In this document: one piece after another, positions 53,889 through 64,000 of the stretch
How the letters are laid out: each line of letters begins with the position of its first letter
How positions within the stretch are numbered: position 1 is the first letter of the stretch
Assembly: GCA_964016885.1 (NCBI GenBank)
Contig: OZ024741.1
Span: 2,170,001-2,234,000, forward strand
Direction: 5' to 3'
DNA length: 64,000 nucleotides
Origin: Eledone cirrhosa
Lineage: Eukaryota
Position numbers and translations under genes: made by a program
The notes under the pieces: generated by a model
Told to the model about the DNA's origin: nothing
Seen by the model: the letters and a program-made list of their open reading frames with translations, nothing else
Database searches by the model: none

Positions 53889-54025
53889 CAATGATATTAA
53901 ATAAATGGAAACTATATTTATAAAATCATATTTATTCTATTATATATATTTCAAGGATGCCAAAACTTTGGTACGTTCTCATCAGATAAAATACAAAGTT
54001 TGTTTTATAAATATTGACATATCCA
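53889..54025 (-). mobile_element. Second copy of the hammerhead-bearing fragment at 16453-16588
   Basis: Collinear match including TTTCAAGG...CTCATCAGATAAAA; begins at (TA)n. Confidence 0.8.
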
Positions 54026-54376
54026 GGAATGAGAACTCAACGGTTCAAGTTTTACCTGGACTATCCAGTGTTTGTCTATATTTTACAAAAATTACCATAT
54101 TATCTATGACTATATACACCCGTATGAATCTACACACATATTGTACACATGTAATATTTTTTATATACATCACAACAATTTCCGTAATAATTTTACATAG
54201 TTTTACAATAGGTTATCAACATTGTGTAAAACATTACACTTTATATACACTATATAAGATTGTGTATACAAACAATATATATTTATATTATACACACGTA
54301 AGATTTCACAGAACTACAGTTTCTTTATTACACACATCTTGTAAGATTTTACATACTCATACATAACGTTTATAAT

Positions 54377-54471
<95 letters not shown>

Positions 54472-54554
54472 AACAAGTATGACCCCGACGGCAGAGCTCA
54501 AGCCGTTTCGACGGCTAATTCTGGAATTAGCCGTCTGGAATTAGCCGTCGTTAT

Positions 54555-54737
54555 TAGCAGTATCGGTAGAGGGTCGGACGCCATGCTTTGCAGCATAGAG
54601 TTACCTCCCTTTATGGTCTGAGTTCAAATCACGCCGAGGTTAACTTTGCCTTTCATCCTTACGGGGTCGATAAAGTAAAGTGCCAGTAATGTACTGGAAT
54701 AATTGGTGGCCTTGTGCCAAAAGTATAAACGATTATT
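54555..54737 (+). mobile_element. SINE family 1
   Basis: Conserved head, B box and body. Confidence 0.88.
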
Positions 54738-54751
54738 TAATAAAAGTTGCA

Positions 54752-54903
54752 AAGACTGTGTAACTCCAGCATGAGCCCAGCTATGGTCAGTAAGACTGTG
54801 TTACTCCAGCATGAGCCCAGCTATGGTCAGTAAGACTGTGTTACTCCAGCATGGCCCCATCTATGGTTAGTAAAACTGTTTTACTCCAGCATGGCCCCAG
54901 CTA
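54752..54903. repeat. 40-bp tandem repeat, about 4 copies
   Basis: Unit AAGACTGTGTTACTCCAGCATGAGCCCAGCTATGGTCAGT. Confidence 0.92.
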
Positions 54904-54995
54904 TTCTAGTTTCCTTCTTCTGTGGTGAAGAATGTTCTTTCTTTAGCCCTCCCCTTCCCTCTATACTGAGCTGTTCTCATTCATTCAAACTTACA

Positions 54996-56152
54996 CACTA
55001 CCACTTCTACTACAACTACCACCACTACTACTACTACCACTTCTACTACAACTACCACCACTACTACCACTTCTACTACAACTACCACCACTTCTACTAC
55101 TACCACTTCTACTACAACCACCACCACTACAACTACCACCACTACTACTACTACCACTTCTACTACAACTAACACCACTACTACCACTTCTACTACAACT
55201 ACCACCACTTCTACTACTACCACTTCTACTACAACCACCACCACTACTACTACCACCACTTCTACTACAACTACAACTACCACCACTACTACTACCACCA
55301 CTTCTACTACAACTACAACCACCACCACTACTACTACCACCACTTCTACTACAACTACAACTACCACCACTACTACTACCACCACTTCTACTACAACTAC
55401 AACCACCACCACTACTACTACCACCACCACTACTACTACCACCACTTCTACTACAACTACAACTACCACCACTACTACTACCACCACTTCTACTACAACT
55501 ACAACTACCACCACTACTACTACCACCACTTCTACTACAACTACAACTACCACCACTTCTACTACTACCACTTCTACTACAACTACCACCACTACTACTA
55601 CAACTACAACTACCACCACTTCTACTACAACTACAACTACCACCACTACTACTACCACCACTTCTACTACAACTACAACTACCACCACTACTACTACCAC
55701 CACTTCTACTACAACTACAACTACCACCACTACTACTACCACCACTTCTACTACAACTACAACCACCACCACTACTACTACCACCACTACTACTACCACC
55801 ACTTCTACTACAACTACAACCACCACCACTACTACTACCACCACTACTACTACCACCACTTCTACTACAACTACAACTACCACCACTACTACTACCACCA
55901 CTTCTACTACAACTACAACCACCACTTCTACTACTACCACCACTTCTACTACAACTACAACTACCACCACTACTACTACCACCACTTCTACTACAACTAC
56001 AACTACCACCACTACTACTACTACCACTTCTACTACAACTACAACCACCACCACTACTACTACCACCACTTCTACTACAACTACAACTACCACCACTTCT
56101 ACTACAACTACAACTACCACCACTTCTACTACAACTACTACTACTACCACTA

Positions 56153-56192
<40 letters not shown>

Positions 56193-56240
56193 AACTACAA
56201 CTACCACTACTACTACTACAACTACTACTACTTCTACTAG

Positions 56241-56285
<45 letters not shown>

Positions 56286-56641
56286 AACTACTACTATTAC
56301 CACTACTACCACTTCTACTACAACTACAACTACCACCACTACTACTACTACCACTTCTACTACAACTACAACCACCACCACTACTACTACCACCACTTCT
56401 ACTACAACTACAACTACCACCACTTCTACTACAACTACAACTACCACCACTTCTACTACAACTACAACCACTACTACTACTACCACTTCTACTACAACTA
56501 CAACTACTACTACCACTACTACTACAACTACAACTACCACCACTACTACTACTACCACTACTACAGCTACTACTACAACTACTACTACCACTACTACAAC
56601 TACAGCTACCACCACTACTACTACTACCACTACTACCGCTA

Positions 56642-56681
<40 letters not shown>

Positions 56682-56709
56682 AACTACAACTACCACTACT
56701 ACTACTACA

Positions 56710-56753
<44 letters not shown>

Positions 56754-56793
56754 AACTACTACTATTACCACTACTACTACTACTACTACTACA

Positions 56794-56874
<81 letters not shown>

Positions 56875-56936
56875 GCTGCTGCTACTACTACTACTACTGC
56901 TACTACTACTGCTGCTGCTGCTACTGCTGCTACTAC

Positions 56937-56970
<34 letters not shown>

Positions 56971-57020
56971 GCTACTGCTACTGCTACTACTACTGCTACT
57001 GCTTCTACTACTACTACTAC
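54996..57020. repeat. 2-kb trinucleotide-based cryptic repeat (CTA/CCA/CAA/CTT)
   Basis: Direct inspection. It explains the poly-V and poly-S/G/C ORFs. Confidence 0.97.
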
Positions 57021-57129
57021 TTAAGAATGCCTTTTCTATTAACAAAAACCTTATTCAGTATGGGTGTTGTTCTTATTGCTAAGTTCATCGGCCTCACACA
57101 GCCTATATCCACCACCATCCCCCATACAG

Positions 57130-57164
<35 letters not shown>

Positions 57165-58861
57165 CATACCCTGTTCACACATACACACACATATATATAT
57201 ACATACCCTGTTCAACCATACACACACACATATATATACATACCCTGTTCACACACACACACACATATATATATACCTACCCTGTTCACACATACACACA
57301 CAGACACACAGACTCACACATATATACAACGTAAATATCATATCATTCATTACCGAAAACTAGCTGCTTGTATAGAATTACCAAGTTTAGGGCTAGGGCT
57401 GGGGCTGGGGTTGGGAGAGGAGTGTTTCTAAACAGGAAGTGACTTCAGAGTAGGGCTGAAGAAGAACCCTGTTTTATTATACAGCTAATGGTGCCTTGTA
57501 TTTCTTTTGGCTCTACTTACTCTCATTTCTGAACCTGATCAACTTTGATTTCGTCCTTCCAAGTCGATATAGTCCAGTATAATTAACAACTATAAGTAAT
57601 ATATATGCTTCCCGAAATACGCCAAAACTACACCTGATGTACCCCTTCCATACACATGCACACATGTGTGTATCATGACTCGTGCACTGTTCATTTTACT
57701 GATGTTTGTGCATTGCCCTATGTACTGTACATGTACCTTTTTGATGAGTTGTGGCGCACCTGGGCACTGTACACAATATTTCATTATTGTTATTGTTATT
57801 ATATCATGACTCATACACTGTTTATTTTCCTGACATTTGTACATTATTCTATGTACTATACATGCACCTTTGATGAGTTGTAGTGCACCTGAGCACTGTA
57901 CACAATAATTTCATTATTATTATTATTATTATATACACACCACGTCCAAACACAACCAAACTCCAGTATTGCAAATGTATTTATATATCAATAAAACTAT
58001 TGATACAATGTATAAAAGGAATAAGACTATATTAGGGTAATGACAGGGAGAGATTGGGAGATCTGAGGCGTGCAGGGAACTGTTGAGAGGCTTGCATGAT
58101 TGGATAACTCCTCGGGAGCAGATTTAACGTTACAATAGAAAATACTAAATGTTAAGAGAATTATTTACGACTATATACATGTCAAGTAACATCAACTGAG
58201 CGTTGACCCATCACAGATTTCCGAAGTTTGCATCGTTTCCCAGTCTACATTCACTAAACTAATATAGTAATTTCAGAGTTTAACGGAATAATCTATAGAA
58301 ATGTACACTGCTAAGTCCGTGCCTTCATAACATGTGGGAAAGGTGTGCTGGCTTTTGGCAGCTTTCCAACATCATCAAAAAGACCGGTTATAATTTTATC
58401 TGTTTAAATGAAGACTGTGAATTGGCTAAGTCAGATGTTTAGCTAGATTTGTTTCGGCTTTTTACGACTCGAGATCAAATACCGCCAAGGTTAATATTTC
58501 ATCCATACGAAATTAATATTATATATGCTTAAATATTTAAATTTTAATAATTCAAAGTTAAAATGTTTTCGGCTCTTTGTAAAAGTCCTAGAATCCTATT
58601 CCCACACAACACTTGATATCTAAAATCTCAGGAAAAGTGCTGCCTCTCTGTCACCTTTAGCTCTAAAAATAGTAACATCAAGTCTGTTAAATAATAGTAA
58701 ATAGTTTGATATGTGTAAAGGCCCGTAACTCCTAGTGGAGTCTGTAGGGGTCTTGGGCAGTTTATATCTGCTGGAGCCCATTCTCACTCTTAGTTTGAAT
58801 ATAGCTGATTTCTTCTTGAGAAGGAGACAGAGGGAGAGATAAGAAATGAGATATACAGAAG

Positions 58862-59020
58862 GAATCGAGCCCAGTACTAGACTGGTACATTTGTTATCGA
58901 CCTTGACAGGATGAAAGGCAAAATTCATCTTGACAGAATTTGAGCTGAGAGCAGAGAGCCGAATGGAATACTACAAAGATTTCTATCTGACCTTTCAACG
59001 TTTGTACAAATTTGCCGCCA
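58862..59020 (-). mobile_element. Diverged SINE family 1
   Basis: ATCGA.CCCAGT...CTGGTAC...ATCGACC...GGATGAAAGGCAAA...ATTTGA.CT.AG. Confidence 0.75.
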
Positions 59021-59687
59021 AAATAAGTTGTTAAACTATTAAAAATAATTAAGTGAATTTTGTGATATACATCATTGAAATTCCAAACTGGAATATTTCT
59101 GGATTGTTCAAATGTTTAGCTTTTAATTCTAAAGCTAAGAAAGTGAAGATCAATCATGTTTTTTTTTTAATCAGATCAGAGTGAAAACGAAGACAAACAC
59201 GTGACAGAGAAAGCACAAAAGTTGACATTTTCCCCTCTAGAACTTGTAAACAATTATATGAAGTACTTGAAACAGGAGAATATTCTAGATGAATTGAACG
59301 AAACTATGATTTTTAAAATCGTAAGATTTTCCTAAACACACGGTAAACATTTCAAACCCACAAAATATAAACTTAACAACACTTGATAAGTCAAATTTGA
59401 TAGAATCGATAGAGCAAGGTGTGAAAGTAGTGAAGAAAATAACGTTTAACCAAATATATCATGATGGTATTGCTATATCTAAAGCAGAGGTTTTCAGAAG
59501 CATAGCTCCCATTGCTTTAGAATCCCAGGTTTCAATTCATCTCCATTTTGAAATATCATTTAATCATAGTTCCCAATCAAGCTTTTCAAATCTCAATAAA
59601 TATTTAATTCCAAACAGGATTAAATCTGGTCTAGGCATTATCTTTCTTCATTTTTTGTCTTTTGTCTTGTGAACTGTTAATTCGTGA

Positions 59688-61366
59688 TATTACAATAATA
59701 TAGAGATATTGGTACTCTATTACGATAATATATAGAGATATTGGTACACTATTACAATAATATATAGAGATATTGGTACTCTATTACAATAATATATAGA
59801 GATATTGGTACACTATTACAATAATATATAGAGATATTGGTACACTATTACAATAATATATAGAGATATTGGTACTCTATTACAATAATATATAGATATA
59901 TTGGTACTCTATTACATTAATATATAGAGATATTGGTACTCTATTACATTAATGTATAGAGATATTGGTACTCTATTACATTAATGTATAGATATATTGG
60001 TACTCTATTACATTAATGTATACATATATTGGTACTCTATTACATTAATGTATAGATATATTGGTACTCTATTACATTAATGTATAGATATATTGGTACT
60101 CTATTACATTAATATATAGAGATATTGGTACTCTATTACATTAATGTATAGATATATTGGTACTCTATTACATTAATATATAGAGATATTGGTACTCTAT
60201 TACATTAATATATAGAGATAGTGGTACTCTATTACAATAATATATAGATATATTGGTACTCTATTACAATAATATATAGAGATATTGGTACTCTATTACA
60301 ATAATATATAGATATATTGGTACTCTATTACAATAATATAGAGAGATAGTGGTACTCTATAACATTAATGTATAGATATATTGGTACTCTATTTACATTA
60401 ATATATAGAGATATTGGTACTCTATTACATTAATATATAGAGATAGTGGTACTCTATTACAATAATATATAGATATATTGGTACTCTATTACATTAATAT
60501 ATAGAGATATTGGTACTCTATTACATTAATATATAGAGATATTGGTACTCTATTACATTAATATATAGAGATATTGGTACTCTATTACATTAATATATAG
60601 AGATATTGGTACTCTATTACATTAATATATAGAGATAGTGGTACTCTATTACAATAATATATAGATATATTGGTACTCTATTACATTAATATATAGAGAT
60701 ATTGGTACTCTATTACATTAATGTATAGATATATTGGTACTCTATTACATTAATATATAGAGATATTGGTACTCTATTACATTAATATATAGAGATAGTG
60801 GTACTCTATTACAATAATATATAGATATATTGGTACTCTATTACAATAATATATAGAGATATTGGTACTCTATTACAATAATATATAGATATATTGGTAC
60901 TCTATTACAATAATATAGAGAGATAGTGGTACTCTATAACATTAATGTATAGATATATTGGTACTCTATTTACATTAATATATAGAGATATTGGTACTCT
61001 ATTACATTAATATATAGAGATAGTGGTACTCTATTACAATAATATATAGATATATTGGTACTCTATTACATTAATATATAGAGATATTGGTACTCTATTA
61101 CATTAATATATAGAGATATTGGTACTCTATTACAATAATATATAGAGATATTGATACTCTATTACATTATTATATAGAGATAGTGGTACTCTATTACAAT
61201 AATATATAGATATATTGGTACACTATTACAATAATATATAGTTAGATAGTGGTACTCTATTACAATAATATATATATATATTTGTACTCTATTACAATAA
61301 TATATAGTTAGATATATTGGTACTCTATTACAATAATATATAGAGATATTGGTACTCTATTACATT
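59688..61366. repeat. 32-bp minisatellite (TATTACAATAATATATAGAGATATTGGTACTC), about 52 copies
   Basis: Direct inspection. Confidence 0.97.
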
Positions 61367-61558
61367 TATATATATATATACAATGTAAACTGTTTTCTCA
61401 GTTTGGATTCCCCCTCTCTCTAAAATTCCTCTCTAGGGAATTAAAATCCTTCTCAGAGAAGCCACGTGCGTGTGAAAATGACTTTTCTAAGCCAAAGAAC
61501 AAAAGAACATGTGGCCCTTCAGCAAACGCTCACAATACTAAGAAACTATCATAACGTC

Positions 61559-64000
61559 TGTAATACTTGGTAGTAGAGGTTTAGTGTAATACTTGGTAGT
61601 AGAGGTTTACTGTAATACTTGATAGTACAGGTTTAGTGTAATACTTGGTAGTACAGGTTTACTGTAATACTTGGTAGTACAGGTTTACTGTAATACTAGG
61701 TAGTAGAGGTTTACTGTAATACTTGGTAGTAGAGGTTTACTGTAATAATTGGTAGTACAGGTTTAGTGTAATACTTGGTAGTACAGGTTTAGTGTAATAC
61801 TTGGTAGTACAGTTTTAGTGTAATACGTGGTGGTACAGGTTTACTGTCATACTTGGTAGTACATGTTTAGTGTAATACTTGGTAGTACATGTTTAACTGT
61901 AATACTTGGTAGTACAGGTTTACTGTAATACTTGGTAGTACAGGTTTACTGTAATACTTGGTAGTACAGGTTTACTGCAATACTTGGTAGTACAGGTTTA
62001 CTGTAATACTTGGTAGTACAGGTTTACTGTAATACTTGGTAGTACAGGTTTACTGTAATACTTGGTAGTACAGGTTTAGTGGAACACTTGGTAGTAGAGG
62101 TTTAGTGTAATACTTGGTAGTACAGGTTTACTGTAATACTTGGTAGAAGAGGTTTAGTGTAACACTTGGTAGTAGAGGTTTAGTGTAACACTTGGTAGTA
62201 GAGGTTTAGTGTAATACTTGGTATTAGAGGTTTAGTGTAATACTTGGTAGTACAGGTTTAGTGTAATACTTGGTAGTAGAGGTTTAGTGTAATACTTGGT
62301 AGAACAGGTTTAGTGTAAAACTTGGTAGTACAGGTTTAGTGTAATACTTGGTAGTAGAGATTTAGTGTAATACTTGGTAGTAGAGGTTTAGTGTACTACT
62401 TGGTAGAAGAGGTTTAGTGTAATACTTGGTAGTAGAGGTTTAGTGTACTACTTGGTATTAGAGGATTAGTGTAATACTTGGTAGTAGAGGTTTAGTGTAA
62501 TACTAGGTACTAGAGGTTTAGTGTAATACTTGGTAGTAGAGGTTTACTGTAATAGTTGGTAGTACAGGTTTAGTGTAATACTTGATAGTAGAGGTTTACT
62601 GTAATACTTGGTAGTAGAGATTTACGGTAATACTTGGTAGTAGAGGTTTACTGTAATAGTTGGTAGTACAGGTTTACTGTAATACTTGTTAGTAGAGGTT
62701 TAATGTAATACTAGGTAGTACAGGTTTAGTGTAATACTTGGTAGTACAGGTTTAGTGTAACACTTGGTAGTAGAGGTTTAGTGTAATACTTGGTAGTAGA
62801 TGTTTAGTGTAATACTTGGTAGTAGGGGTTTAGTGTAATACTTGGTAGTAGAGGTTTAGTGTAATACTTGGTAGTAGAGGTTTAGTGTAACACTTGGTAG
62901 TACAGGTTTAGTGTAACACTTGGTAGTACAGGTTTACTGTAATACTTGGTAGTAGAAGTTTAGTGTAATACTTGGTAGTAGAGGTATAGTGTAATACTTG
63001 GTAGTACAGGTTTACTGTAACACTTGGTAGTACAGGTTTAGTGCAATACTTGGTAGTACAGGTTTAGTGTAATACTTGGTATTAGAGGTTTACAGTAATA
63101 CTTGGTAGTAGAGGTTTACTGTAATACTTGGTAGTACAGGTTTAGTGTAATACTTGGTAGTAGAGGTTTAGTGTAATACTTGGTAGTACAGGTTTAGTGT
63201 AATACTTGGTAGTAGAGGTTTAGTGTAATACTTGGTAGTAGAGGTTTAGTGTAATACTTGGTAGTACAGGTTTAGTGTAATACTTGGTATTAGAGGTTTA
63301 CAGTAATACTTGGTACTAGAGGTTTACTGTAATACTTGATAGTACAGGTTTAGTGTAATACTTGGTAGTAGAGGTTTACTGTAATACTTGGTAGTACAGG
63401 TTTAGTGTAATACTTGGTAGTAGAGATTTAGTGTAATAATTGAAAGTACAGGTTTACTGTAATACTTGGTAGTAGAGGTTTAGTGTAATACTTGGTAGTA
63501 GAGGTTTAGTGTAATACTTGGTAGTACAGGTTTACTGTAGTACTTGGTAGTACATGTTTACTGTAATATTTGGTAGTACAGGTTTAGTGTAATACTTGGT
63601 AGCACAGGTTTAGTGTAATACTTGGTAGTACAGGTTTAGTGTAATACTTGGTAGTAGAGGTTTAGTGTACTACTTGGTAGAAGAGGTTTAGTGTAATACT
63701 AGGTATTAGAGGTTTAGTGTAATACTTGGTAGTAGGGGTTTAGTGTAATACTTGGTAGTAGAGGTTTAGTGTAATACTTGGTAGTACAGGTTTAGTTTAA
63801 TACTTGGTAGTAGCGATTTACTGTAATACTTGGTAGTATAGGTTTAGTGTAATATTTGGTAGTAGAGGTTTAGCGTAATACTTGTTAGTAGGGGTTTAGT
63901 GTAATACTTGGTAGTAGAGGTTTAGTGTAATACTTGGTAGTAGCGATTTACTGTAATACTTGGTAGTATAGGTTTAGTGTAAAATTTGGTAGTACAGGTT
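61559..64000. repeat. 26-bp satellite (TGTAATACTTGGTAGTA[G/C]AGGTTTA[G/C]), more than 90 copies, running off the window
   Basis: Direct inspection. Confidence 0.98.

Noticed and set aside
54981-57045. 596-aa and 684-aa ORFs (Ser/Gly/Cys-rich, keratin-associated-like or mucin-like)
   Set aside because: A trinucleotide cryptic repeat with no convincing start, signal peptide or splice context.
58620-58928. 102-aa ORF as a gene
   Set aside because: It starts inside a SINE and the remainder has no recognisable motif.
61559-64000. Telomeric repeat
   Set aside because: The 26-bp unit contains GGTTTAG but has no (TTAGGG)n runs.

Overview
A repeat-saturated, AT-rich eukaryotic window with no confidently identifiable host gene. 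The SINE families and microsatellite load look cephalopod (Octopus-like); this is my inference and has not been verified. Retroelements present: a decayed Tx1/L1-clade LINE whose 5' part runs into a ~50-bp tandem array, five R4/Dong-type (restriction-like endonuclease, RLE) non-LTR copies, a 5'-truncated RTE LINE with a PHD-type finger inside its reverse transcriptase (RT), RTE-derived non-autonomous elements, and two tRNA-derived SINE families. Also present: a probable non-autonomous Helitron, many minisatellites and microsatellites, long fold-back palindromes, and more than ten type I hammerhead-ribozyme motifs in short Penelope-like fragments at (TA)n. Most notable patterns: (1) RLE elements repeatedly sit tail-to-tail inside the microsatellite tails of other retroelements, including a family apparently specific for (CATA)n; (2) a dense, diverse set of hammerheads, two with large loop II insertions; (3) two minisatellites that look like amplified Pol III A-box heads. 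Most ORFs in the supplied track are translations of simple repeats.
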